Position numbers and translations under genes: made by a program. From positions 1 through 28,576 of IMG/VR virus record IMGVR_UViG_3300030104_003748: a stretch of 28,576 bases of DNA; one strand, 5' to 3'. The number at the start of each line of letters is the position of its first letter. Position 1 is the first letter of the stretch. Positions 8,744 through 16,940 of this stretch are shown here, in pieces. Origin of the DNA: a virus. Taxonomy: Duplodnaviria; Caudoviricetes. The notes under the pieces were generated by a model that was not told the DNA's origin, ran no database searches, and saw nothing but the letters and a program-made list of their open reading frames with translations.

Positions 8744-9477
8744 AACAATTAAAAGAATACAGACTAAGACTTACAAGGTCAGAACATGACCTAGTAAAAG
8801 AATTACGTCAAGCCGAAGGAGACTCATTAAATAACATTCTTGTTATTGGAGACCTACACGAACCATTTTCATTAGATGAATACTTAGAATTTTGTTTATC
8901 AAAATATGATGACTTTGATTGCAACGAAGTGGTCTTTATTGGCGATATAATCGACAACCACTACGCTAGTTACCATGAGACAAGTGCAGATGGCATGGGC
9001 GGTGCTGATGAACTAGAATTTGCAATACAAAGAATATCACGTTGGTATAAAGCTTTTCCAAAAGCAACCGTAATTGTGGGAAACCATGATCGCATGATAA
9101 TGCGAAAGAGTCAGACTTCTGCCATTCCTAGTAAATGGATTAAATCATACCAAGATGTTTTGGAAGTTCCAAATTGGAATTTTGTTGAAAGATATGAAAA
9201 AGATGGTGTTCAATATATACATGGAGAGGGGGGAACAGCAAGAACGAAATGCAGGGCGGATATGATGAACACAGTGCAAGGTCATCTACACACACAAAGT
9301 TATGTTGAAAATTACGTTGGCATGAATTTTCGTATATTTGGCATGCAGGTTGGATGCGGCATAAATCATGAGACCTATGCGATGGCATACGCTAAGGCGG
9401 GGAAAAAACCCGCAGTTGGATGTGGTGTCGTGCTAAGATCAGGAAAAATACCCATTACATTGTTAATGGAGTTATAA
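8740..9477 (+). CDS. Calcineurin-like metallophosphoesterase (probable non-canonical ATA start)
   Basis: Motifs GDLH (upstream of the tracked GTG 8929), GDIID, GNHD, HG and GHLH in one open frame. Confidence 0.85.
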   Translation: MKQLKEYRLRLTRSEHDLVKELRQAEGDSLNNILVIGDLHEPFSLDEYLEFCLSKYDDFDCNEVVFIGDIIDNHYASYHETSADGMGGADELEFAIQRISRWYKAFPKATVIVGNHDRMIMRKSQTSAIPSKWIKSYQDVLEVPNWNFVERYEKDGVQYIHGEGGTARTKCRADMMNTVQGHLHTQSYVENYVGMNFRIFGMQVGCGINHETYAMAYAKAGKKPAVGCGVVLRSGKIPITLLMEL

Positions 9478-9487
9478 ATAATTAATT

Positions 9488-9622
9488 ATGGCAAAACATA
9501 TATATAGTGAGAATTTAAAACTCGGTGCTTATTATACTTATGACAAAAACAATAACAAGGTTTATGACATAAAAACAATGAGACAAGAATTTAAAAACTT
9601 AGTGAAAAAATTAAAGAAATAG
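9488..9622 (+). CDS. Small hypothetical protein (44 aa, not in ORF track)
   Basis: MAKHIYSENLKLGAYYTYDKNNNKVYDIKTMRQEFKNLVKKLKK*. Confidence 0.65.
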   Translation: MAKHIYSENLKLGAYYTYDKNNNKVYDIKTMRQEFKNLVKKLKK

Positions 9623-9692
9623 ACTAGCACCTGTGCGCAGGTTTTAAGTCGTTACCAATCTGCAATGTGTTCTTTGCAGGTGCTAATCTATT
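9618..9692. other. Long two-stem hairpin at the late/early boundary
   Basis: AATAGAcTAGCACCTGT pairs with GCAGGTGCTAaTCTATT; inner stem GCAGGTT/AATCTGC. Confidence 0.75.
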
Positions 9693-9736
9693 CCCGTATT
9701 GTTGATAATTCTGTTAATAAGGCACACAAATCATAC

Positions 9737-9768
9737 TTGACACATATTGCGTTTTTTATTTATCTTTG
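9737..9768 (+). promoter_or_regulatory. Early promoter, Bacteroidota housekeeping-sigma type
   Basis: TTG (9737-9739), 21 nt spacer, TATCTTTG (9761-9768), matching the -33/-7 consensus; upstream of small early genes. Confidence 0.8.
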
Positions 9769-9795
9769 TGGTGTTAATAACCAAAATAGAGAAAA

Positions 9796-9999
9796 ATGAA
9801 AATAGATAATTCTATTGAGCAAGAAATTATAAAAAATTCTTTGACTCAATCAAAAACACAAATTCAAGAAAAACTTAAATTCTTTACTGACAAACTTAAT
9901 GGTTCTGATAGTATTTCGGAGATTAGGTGGTTTGATGAATGTGTTAAAATTCAAAAACGAAAACTAAAATCAATTAATAATTTATTAAAAAAACTGTAA
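9796..9999 (+). CDS. Early hypothetical protein (coiled coil)
   Basis: First ORF after the early promoter. Confidence 0.7.
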   Translation: MKIDNSIEQEIIKNSLTQSKTQIQEKLKFFTDKLNGSDSISEIRWFDECVKIQKRKLKSINNLLKKL

Positions 10000-10217
10000 T
10001 GAATATTAAATATATAAACACCGAAACACCAGATGGCATGAAAAAAGCTATTATGTTTGAATCACACAATCCAGATTATAAAATGATTAACAGTCGTTTA
10101 GACTTTACGTGGATTTTTGAGAAAAAAGAAATAGTTTCAAACTGCTGTTCTGCTAACATAATATTAACCGACGTATGCTCTGATTGTTTAGAGCATTGTA
10201 AATCTATTGAGATATGA
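9999..10217 (+). CDS. Early protein with C-terminal Zn-finger
   Basis: SNCC..CSDCLEHC. Confidence 0.7.
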   Translation: MNIKYINTETPDGMKKAIMFESHNPDYKMINSRLDFTWIFEKKEIVSNCCSANIILTDVCSDCLEHCKSIEI

Positions 10218-10417
10218 GCGAAGAAATAAATTTTAAACATATACACGACTTACACACTTTTCAATGTGTTGACAATGAAGTATATTTGTCAGGCTTAGAT
10301 GAACATGGTGAAGACATTACATTAGTTTTTAGTGCTTTTGAATTTTTATCGTGGATTGGAAAAGATGAAATTAAATATATTAAAAAACAAACCATTAAAC
10401 ACATTAAACAATTATGA
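10214..10417 (+). CDS. Early hypothetical protein
   Basis: ATGA-coupled ORF. Confidence 0.7.
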   Translation: MSEEINFKHIHDLHTFQCVDNEVYLSGLDEHGEDITLVFSAFEFLSWIGKDEIKYIKKQTIKHIKQL

Positions 10418-10653
10418 AAAAAAAATATATAATAATTGGTAAAGGTTATTATCACACAATGGAACAGGATCAAATGTTAAATGGGTTACAGTATTCAGAT
10501 GTTAAGTTTAAACATGGCAGTATTGAATTTACAGGAACAGAAGAACAGTTGACATTGTTTTTAAAACCACTTTATAAAAATGACACTAACTTCAAGGTGA
10601 TGGGTGTCCATGACCAAGAAACAGAAGATTTTTATAAAAATTTATTCACTTAA
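10414..10653 (+). CDS. Early hypothetical protein
   Basis: ATGA-coupled ORF. Confidence 0.7.
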   Translation: MKKKYIIIGKGYYHTMEQDQMLNGLQYSDVKFKHGSIEFTGTEEQLTLFLKPLYKNDTNFKVMGVHDQETEDFYKNLFT

Positions 10654-10665
10654 AAAAAATAGAAT

Positions 10666-10956
10666 ATGAGAACACTAGAATTTGTAAAAGTAGGAAAAGA
10701 ATATAAATCAAAACATGGGGGAAAATGGTTTCACATTTATTTCAAAGATGAAGGTGGCAGTTATAGAACAGCACTTTTTGACAATATGAGAAACTTTAAT
10801 AATTGGACTCATGTAATTAAAAACGCCGAAAGAGGTGATTATATTGCAAATCTTCGAATGAAATTTTACAATGGCAAAGAGATAGTTGACGCAGATAGTA
10901 TGCCAAAGTTAATGCCTTCAATTGAAGAGATGCAAAATAGTATGTATATTGATTAA
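10666..10956 (+). CDS. Hypothetical protein (possibly OB-fold)
   Basis: Beta-rich, aromatic and basic residues; A-rich leader. Confidence 0.6.
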   Translation: MRTLEFVKVGKEYKSKHGGKWFHIYFKDEGGSYRTALFDNMRNFNNWTHVIKNAERGDYIANLRMKFYNGKEIVDADSMPKLMPSIEEMQNSMYID

Positions 10957-10969
10957 AAAAAAACAGAAT

Positions 10970-11368
10970 ATGAAAAGTAAAACAAACAACGAAAGATTAA
11001 AAGAATTATATGTTTATTATAATTTGAATAAAGAAGATGTATTTAAACACCAACAATTTGGTTTTATAATTATCACACGAACAGGTATAGAAAAAATAAT
11101 GGCTAAAGAGGACATAAAATTAGATTATGAGGTAGTTAGATGCGAGAGGGACTTTTGTGCCGTTAAATGCACCGCAACACGTCTTAGCGGTGAAAAGATT
11201 GTTTCTATACCTACATTCGGAACAGCACAACCAAAAAATTGTCAATCCACCTATTATTTAGAAATGGCAGAAAAGAGAGCGAAAGCACGTGCTGTTTTAC
11301 AAATCACGAATTTTTATAGTTTAGGTGTTTATTCGGAAGTTGAAAGTGACGACTTCAAACAAAAATAA
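10970..11368 (+). CDS. Putative single-strand annealing recombinase (Rad52/Sak-like)
   Basis: Start better at ATG 10970. Motifs TFG.A and EMAEKRAKARAVL...GVYSEVE. Confidence 0.55.
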   Translation: MKSKTNNERLKELYVYYNLNKEDVFKHQQFGFIIITRTGIEKIMAKEDIKLDYEVVRCERDFCAVKCTATRLSGEKIVSIPTFGTAQPKNCQSTYYLEMAEKRAKARAVLQITNFYSLGVYSEVESDDFKQK

Positions 11369-11373
11369 TTTCT

Positions 11374-11436
11374 GATCCCCCTTGCTGCAATCCATATTTT
11401 TCTCTATTTTAACACTAGGCAGGGGGGATTTTCTTT
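11374..11436 (+). terminator. Terminator-like hairpin with 31-nt antisense loop
   Basis: GATCCCCCTTGCT / GGCAGGGGGGATT stem, ending in a TTTTCTTT tract. Confidence 0.7.
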
Positions 11437-11447
11437 AAAAACAGATT

Positions 11448-12206
11448 ATGAAAAAAACATATTTTAACCACGATTCAAACGCACGCAATGATATACGAGT
11501 GATAAAACTAAGGTCTGTGCTTGGCATGGAAGGCTATGGCACGTTTTGGGCGGTGCTAGAGCTGTTATTTAGTGAAGAGAATAAATTATGTGTCAAAGAT
11601 TATAATACTTTGGCATTTGGTTTGCAGTGTAACCCTAAGACTTTAAAGCAAGTAATTGAAGATTTTGATTTATTTGTTGTTGAAGATAATTGTTTTTATT
11701 CTCAAAGACTTAATAAACAAATAGAGGACATAAATAATAAGTCAAAAAAAGCAAAAGAAAATGCAACAAAGAGATGGAGTAATGCGGTCGCAGACCAAAA
11801 GCATAGCAGTAGCAATGCTAGTAAAGTAAACAAGAGTAATAGTAAAGAAGATAAAAGCAAAAGTATAGAAAAAAGAATTATTGATTTTAAAAAATCAATT
11901 CACTCTATCAATGGTGTGAGTGAACAAGATAAAAAAGATTTCTTTGCTTACTGGACAGAAAAAAACAAGTCTGGCACAAAGTATCGTGCTGAACTTGAAC
12001 GCACTTTTGACATTAACCTACGACTTAAAAGATGGTGTTCTAATAATTTTAATAAGGATAAAATTAAATTTCCAGACTATTTCGATGATATGTTTAATAG
12101 AAAAATAGATGACAGCACAAGAAAAGAATATTATCAACATTTAAAAACATTAGGTTATATAACAACTTATTCACCAAATGCAGGAACTAAATGGATAAAA
12201 AAATAA
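11448..12206 (+). CDS. Replication initiator (DUF4373/Lin1244-like N-terminus)
   Basis: YFNHDSNARND..G.EGYG.FW motif. Low-complexity middle linker. C-terminal FF.YWTE..RLKRW. Confidence 0.75.
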   Translation: MKKTYFNHDSNARNDIRVIKLRSVLGMEGYGTFWAVLELLFSEENKLCVKDYNTLAFGLQCNPKTLKQVIEDFDLFVVEDNCFYSQRLNKQIEDINNKSKKAKENATKRWSNAVADQKHSSSNASKVNKSNSKEDKSKSIEKRIIDFKKSIHSINGVSEQDKKDFFAYWTEKNKSGTKYRAELERTFDINLRLKRWCSNNFNKDKIKFPDYFDDMFNRKIDDSTRKEYYQHLKTLGYITTYSPNAGTKWIKK

Positions 12207-12811
12207 AAGTATTAGAATTATTTGCAGGATCACGTTCATTCAGTAAAGTTGCAGAAGAAATGGGAATGCAAACATTTACAAGTGATTATAAGGCGTTTGA
12301 TAAAATAGATTATGTTTGTGATATATTACAATTTGATATTTATAAAATACCATTTACCCCAGATATAATATGGGCATCACCACCTTGCACGACATTTTCA
12401 ATAGCGTCATGCTATCATCATTGGAATAAAGACAGAACACCAAAAACTAAAGAATGTATTAATGGAATACAGATAGTTAAAACAACACTAGAGATAATCA
12501 ATAAATTAAAACCTAAATACTTCTATATAGAAAACCCGAGGGGGTTGCTTAGAAAAATGGATTTTATGCAAAATATAGGAATAAGACATACAGTTACTTA
12601 TTGCCAATATGGTGAGACAAGAATGAAGCCAACAGACATCTGGACTAACAATCTAAATTGGAAACCAAAAAAAATGTGTAAAAATGGAATGCCTTGTCAT
12701 GAATCAGCACCCAGAGGATCAAGAACAGGAACGCAAGGAATTAAAGGAAACTATCTTAGAAGCATAGTTCCTTATGAATTATGTCATGAAATTTTAAAAA
12801 GTTGTATATGA
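12191..12811 (+). CDS. DNA cytosine-C5 methyltransferase (compact)
   Basis: LELFAGS (motif I), ASPPC (motif IV), ENP (motif VI). Confidence 0.88.
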   Translation: MDKKIKVLELFAGSRSFSKVAEEMGMQTFTSDYKAFDKIDYVCDILQFDIYKIPFTPDIIWASPPCTTFSIASCYHHWNKDRTPKTKECINGIQIVKTTLEIINKLKPKYFYIENPRGLLRKMDFMQNIGIRHTVTYCQYGETRMKPTDIWTNNLNWKPKKMCKNGMPCHESAPRGSRTGTQGIKGNYLRSIVPYELCHEILKSCI

Positions 12812-13158
12812 AGGAATACCAATTACAAAAATCAATAATACAATATATAAAAATGCAATATAATGTTTTGTATTGTGCAAGTGCAGGTGGATTGAGGACA
12901 TCCATAACACAAGCAAAACGAATGAAAGCAACTGGCTATGTTGCAGGTTTTCCAGACTTGGCAATCTTTGAGCCAAATGGTGAGTATCATGGTTTGTTCT
13001 TAGAGGTTAAAACAAAGAAGGGCAGAGCATCCGCAAGTCAATTAGCTTGGATAAAAAAACTAAATGAAAGAAACTACAGAGCTGTTGTCGTTTACGGCTT
13101 TGATGAAGCAAAAAGAGAAATAGACGATTATTTAACTATAAAAAAAAATTATGTATAA
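12802..13158 (+). CDS. VRR-NUC (PD-(D/E)xK) nuclease / resolvase
   Basis: G..AGFPDL..LFLEVK..KGR.S..Q..W. Confidence 0.88.
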   Translation: MYMKEYQLQKSIIQYIKMQYNVLYCASAGGLRTSITQAKRMKATGYVAGFPDLAIFEPNGEYHGLFLEVKTKKGRASASQLAWIKKLNERNYRAVVVYGFDEAKREIDDYLTIKKNYV

Positions 13159-13456
13159 ATTAAGAGGACAAGTAACAGGCAAGAAAAAAGAAACTATAAA
13201 CACTCAAAAAGGTGATTTTGAGAAATTTTTATTTCAAATAACTGAATCGGACACAGGTTTTGACCATTCATATCAATTTGAAATTTTTGGAACAGAAGCA
13301 ATTGTAATGCACGAAAGTAATATAATAGAAAATAGATGGGTGACAGTAGAATTTTATATTAAGAGTAGAGAATATAATGGTCGATATTATAACACATTAA
13401 TGGTTAAAAGTGTTCACTTAGAAGAATTAAATGAAAATACAGCCGACATTTTTTAA
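13151..13456 (+). CDS. DUF3127-like SSB/OB-fold protein
   Basis: V.VEF.IKSREYNGRYYNTL motif typical of Bacteroidota DUF3127. Confidence 0.75.
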   Translation: MYKLRGQVTGKKKETINTQKGDFEKFLFQITESDTGFDHSYQFEIFGTEAIVMHESNIIENRWVTVEFYIKSREYNGRYYNTLMVKSVHLEELNENTADIF

Positions 13457-13796
13457 TACCAGAAACGAACGATTTCATTGGGGTTTTAATGATACTAACA
13501 ATTGGTTGTTTACAATAATCTACAAGCAGGGGTTAAAATTAAAAGAACAAAATTATATATTGCGTGACGTAAAACAAGACAAATCACTCATAGGTTATAT
13601 TTATAAAAAAATATATGAAAGATTTGAAGTTGTTGAAATTGAAGTTGGAAAATTGTCAAAAACAGAATATGATATGTTAATAAACATTAATACACCAACA
13701 ATATATAATTGTGTCAAAACTGAACCTTTATTTAGAAAAAAACTATCTAAAATTAAAACAAGTAGCAGACAAAATAACAAGTTGCAAAAAGTATGA
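13431..13796 (+). CDS. Hypothetical protein
   Basis: Open frame filling the gap; overlaps both neighbours. Confidence 0.6.
   Translation: MKIQPTFFNTRNERFHWGFNDTNNWLFTIIYKQGLKLKEQNYILRDVKQDKSLIGYIYKKIYERFEVVEIEVGKLSKTEYDMLININTPTIYNCVKTEPLFRKKLSKIKTSSRQNNKLQKV
13578..13610 (+). promoter_or_regulatory. Putative late promoter, copy B (intragenic, upstream of sigma gene)
   Basis: GACAAA...TTATATTTATAAAAAA with spacer 1 nt longer than the other copies. Confidence 0.5.
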
Positions 13797-14289
13797 TAGT
13801 GATGATTTGTTACATGATACTGTTCTTGCTTTGTATGAAAGTGACAAGGAAAAAATAAATAATTTAATAGATAAAAATGAATTATTGTTTTGGATAGCTA
13901 GGATAATGATTAATCAATACCATTCTAAAACATCACCATTCTATAAAAAGTATAGAAAGTATTATACAATTATAAATGAGAATTTTGTTTTGGGTGGTTG
14001 GCAAGATCAGTATATAAATAATACCCCAGACAGAATACATAGAATTTTGGATGAAAATGGTGTCAAGTTAAAAAAACAACTAGAAAAAGACATTAAAAGA
14101 GTGAATACAAAATTAAAACAAATTCATTGGTTCGACAGTGAGGTGTTTCGTATTTATCACCAAATGGGTTTTTCACTTAATCAAATGCAAAAAGAGACTG
14201 GCATCAACAGAAACACTCTATATAAATCAATAGTAAAAGTAAAAAAGATATTTAAAAATGGCAAAAAAGTCAAAGGGCATCGGAGATGA
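13711..14289 (+). CDS. Phage ECF/sigma-70-like transcription factor
   Basis: Region-2-like DDLLHD..L.LYE..FWIARIMINQ. Region-4 HTH-like GFSLNQMQKETGINRNTLY. Confidence 0.75.
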   Translation: MSKLNLYLEKNYLKLKQVADKITSCKKYDSDDLLHDTVLALYESDKEKINNLIDKNELLFWIARIMINQYHSKTSPFYKKYRKYYTIINENFVLGGWQDQYINNTPDRIHRILDENGVKLKKQLEKDIKRVNTKLKQIHWFDSEVFRIYHQMGFSLNQMQKETGINRNTLYKSIVKVKKIFKNGKKVKGHRR

Positions 14290-14626
14290 CATTGCGAGGT
14301 TCACAGAAAAAACAGGACTTTCAAAGGCGGTAAAATTAATTTTTGGAGACGATTGCGGGTGCAAAGAACGTCAAGAGAAATTGAACAAATTGTTTCCGAA
14401 TTATAAAAACATTAGGTCATTTACAAAAGATGAAAAACAAATCTATGAGAATGTTATGTCAAACGTAGATAAAACAAATACCATTAATGCAGAACAAAAA
14501 ATGATTATTGGCAGACTATATAAAGCAGTTTTTCAAGCAGATGCACAATGGTCAAATTGTGGGAGTTGTAACAAAAAGACCTTAGATAACCTTAGAAAAA
14601 TTTATGAAAAAAGTTGTGAGAAATGA
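14258..14626 (+). CDS. Conserved phage Cys-containing protein
   Basis: KSKG.GD..TG..DCGC.ERQEKLNKLF and CGSC motifs. Confidence 0.7.
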   Translation: MAKKSKGIGDDIARFTEKTGLSKAVKLIFGDDCGCKERQEKLNKLFPNYKNIRSFTKDEKQIYENVMSNVDKTNTINAEQKMIIGRLYKAVFQADAQWSNCGSCNKKTLDNLRKIYEKSCEK

Positions 14627-14775
14627 ATCAGATGTTTAGATTTTGTTGCGATTGCGCAATGGTAACACATATAAAAAAAAATGGTGAGTGTTCAATATGT
14701 AAAGGCAATTTTGTTTTATTGTCAAGAAAAGATTGTTTAAAGATAAAAGAATATAAAAATGCAGAAGCACACTAG
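14623..14775 (+). CDS. Small Zn-ribbon protein (50 aa, not in ORF track)
   Basis: MNQMFRFCCDCAMVTHIKKNGECSICKG...; CxxC..CxxC; ATGA coupling. Confidence 0.65.
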   Translation: MNQMFRFCCDCAMVTHIKKNGECSICKGNFVLLSRKDCLKIKEYKNAEAH

Positions 14776-15076
14776 GGTTTATTTAGATTTTTTTAATTTT
14801 GAAGAAGGGGATTACATTCCCTGCGAGATATGTCAATCACCTTGTGTGGATATACATCACTTGCAAAAAAGAACAAGAAACAAAGTAACAAATGATTATA
14901 TCGAGAACTTAATGGGGTTGTGTCGAGACTGTCACATTAAAGCAGAATCAGATTCAATTGTAAATTCTTATTTTAGAATAAAACATTTAGAATTAGTATG
15001 TCAACAAATTTATGACTTAGTAGAAATAAACAAACGATTTAAAGATTATGAAAATAGAAAAAATGACATACAATGA
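14759..15076 (+). CDS. HNH endonuclease
   Basis: CEIC..DIHH..NL..LCRDCH. Confidence 0.85.
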   Translation: MQKHTRVYLDFFNFEEGDYIPCEICQSPCVDIHHLQKRTRNKVTNDYIENLMGLCRDCHIKAESDSIVNSYFRIKHLELVCQQIYDLVEINKRFKDYENRKNDIQ

Positions 15077-15308
15077 AGCTAAATGGTGGATTTTGAATGA
15101 TTGGAAATTTATAGAAAAGAAAGCGAGTAAACATTACAAAAAAGATGTTATGCTATTATATTGTGAAGGAACTAAAAATATATTCTTTGCAGACAAAGAA
15201 ACAGGAGAACCAATTTATACCATGACATATAAACACAGAAATAAACTAAAAAAAGAATATGAAAATAAAAAAATTAAAATTATCAAACTTGCAACCCGCG
15301 GAATATAA
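15048..15308 (+). CDS. Hypothetical protein
   Basis: Open frame between HNH and ParB genes. Confidence 0.55.
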   Translation: MKIEKMTYNEAKWWILNDWKFIEKKASKHYKKDVMLLYCEGTKNIFFADKETGEPIYTMTYKHRNKLKKEYENKKIKIIKLATRGI

Positions 15309-15864
15309 CCCGAGACAAATAACAAAGAAGCAATATAATGACTTAAAAATGTCAATAGAGAAATTTGGCGTGGTTGACCCTGTTGTAATAAATAAAGATA
15401 TGACAGTCATCGGCGGACATCAGCGTTTAAAAGTTTGCAAAGACTTAAATCATGATGTAATACCTTGCGTGGTTCTGGATTTGTCAAAAGAAGAAGAGCG
15501 GGAATTAAATATAAGATTAAACAAAAGCGGTGGTGACTTTGACATGGATGCACTTGCAAATTACTTTGATGTTGAAGATCTTACGGACTGGGGTTTTAAA
15601 CACGTTGAATTAGGTTTGAACATTGATAAAATAGATGCAAAGGACAATATAGAAACGGAACACCCATTCGCCACAGAATTAGACATTAGTAACAATTATA
15701 TCGTTTTAAAGTTTGATAATGACATTGATTGGATTCAAGCGAAAACATTATTCAAGTTACAGACAGAAGTGGCAAGACGGACAAATGGAAAAGCATGGTC
15801 TCAAGGAATTGGCAGGGTTTTAAATGGTTCAAAAGCAATTAAAATGATACAAGATGAAAGTTAG
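15259..15864 (+). CDS. ParB/Srx N-terminal domain protein
   Basis: L.PAEYNPR..SI.KFG.VDP..IGGHQRLK..E.ELNIRLNK. Confidence 0.88.
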   Translation: MKIKKLKLSNLQPAEYNPRQITKKQYNDLKMSIEKFGVVDPVVINKDMTVIGGHQRLKVCKDLNHDVIPCVVLDLSKEEERELNIRLNKSGGDFDMDALANYFDVEDLTDWGFKHVELGLNIDKIDAKDNIETEHPFATELDISNNYIVLKFDNDIDWIQAKTLFKLQTEVARRTNGKAWSQGIGRVLNGSKAIKMIQDES

Positions 15865-16594
15865 TATTTATGCCCCTTCTTATAAGAGACCAGAAAAGTC
15901 AATAACACAAATACATTATCCTTGTGTGAAAGTTGTTGTTTGCGAAAGTCAAGCAGATGAATATATAAAAAATGGCAATGATGTTGTGGTTTGTCCAGAT
16001 TCAGCACAGGGGAATATAAGTAGAATAAGAAATTGGATTTTAGATAATTTATATAATGATAGTGATTGTTTAATGATTATAGATGATGATTGTTCTTATA
16101 TAGGATATTATAATAAACAAACACAATATAAGTTTGAAAACGAACAATTATTAGAGTTTTGTTCTAGTTCTGCATTACTTTGTGATGAATTAGGATATAA
16201 ACATTTTGGATTCAATTGCGTTGCAGACAAAGGTGCTTATAGGGAATACACCCCTTTTGGTTTTACTCAGTATATTGGTTCACCTTTTTCTGGACACTTA
16301 AAAAGTAGTCAATTGAGATATGACGAAGAACTCTCATTAAAAGAAGATTATGACATGACATTGCAACACATCTATACACATGGGGGTTGTCTGAGAATAA
16401 ACTACGCACACTATAACGTAAAACAAGCAGAACAGGTTGGTGGTTGTGCTACATATAGAAATTTAGATGAAGAAAAAAGACAATTCAAGTTATTGCAACA
16501 AAAGTGGGGAAAAGATATAATAAAAGAAGATAGAGCAAGTAAAAGGTCTTTTGATTTTAACCCTATTTTAAAAATACCAATAGCGGGAGTATAA
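15854..16594 (+). CDS. GT-A fold glycosyltransferase (TAGT/GREB1-like)
   Basis: IYAPSYKR, RN.ILD, IIDDD, KEDYD and GGC motifs. Confidence 0.8.
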   Translation: MKVSIYAPSYKRPEKSITQIHYPCVKVVVCESQADEYIKNGNDVVVCPDSAQGNISRIRNWILDNLYNDSDCLMIIDDDCSYIGYYNKQTQYKFENEQLLEFCSSSALLCDELGYKHFGFNCVADKGAYREYTPFGFTQYIGSPFSGHLKSSQLRYDEELSLKEDYDMTLQHIYTHGGCLRINYAHYNVKQAEQVGGCATYRNLDEEKRQFKLLQQKWGKDIIKEDRASKRSFDFNPILKIPIAGV

Positions 16595-16613
16595 CGGTAT
16601 AAAAACGGAAACA

Positions 16614-16940
16614 ATGAATAAATTCCCAAACAAAACAACACAATTTAGTTCTGACAATCAGCCAGAAAAAAGAGGTCGACCAAAAGGTAGAAGGAATGTT
16701 GCTACTGTTTTAAAAGAATTATTATCAACACAAGACAGCAACATGGGGGGGGGTGGTGACTTTGGTAGTCCTATTGCTAAAATGTTAATAAAGATTGCGT
16801 TCAGTAATGATTCAAATAATAATGAAAAATTAAAAGCAATAAAAGAAATACTTGACAGGATAGAAGGATTGCCAGACCAGAACTTAAATGTTAGTGCAAC
16901 ACCACCATCTTGGATAAATGATGATGAAGAAACAAGCTAA
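16614..16940 (+). CDS. terS: Terminase small subunit
   Basis: F..DNQP..RGRPKG and AIKEILDR.EG motifs; directly before TerL. Confidence 0.75.
   Translation: MNKFPNKTTQFSSDNQPEKRGRPKGRRNVATVLKELLSTQDSNMGGGGDFGSPIAKMLIKIAFSNDSNNNEKLKAIKEILDRIEGLPDQNLNVSATPPSWINDDEETS

Noticed and set aside
16745-16753. G9 homopolymer in terS as a phase-variation site
   Set aside because: In frame (MGGGG) in an essential gene; no evidence of length variation from a single sequence
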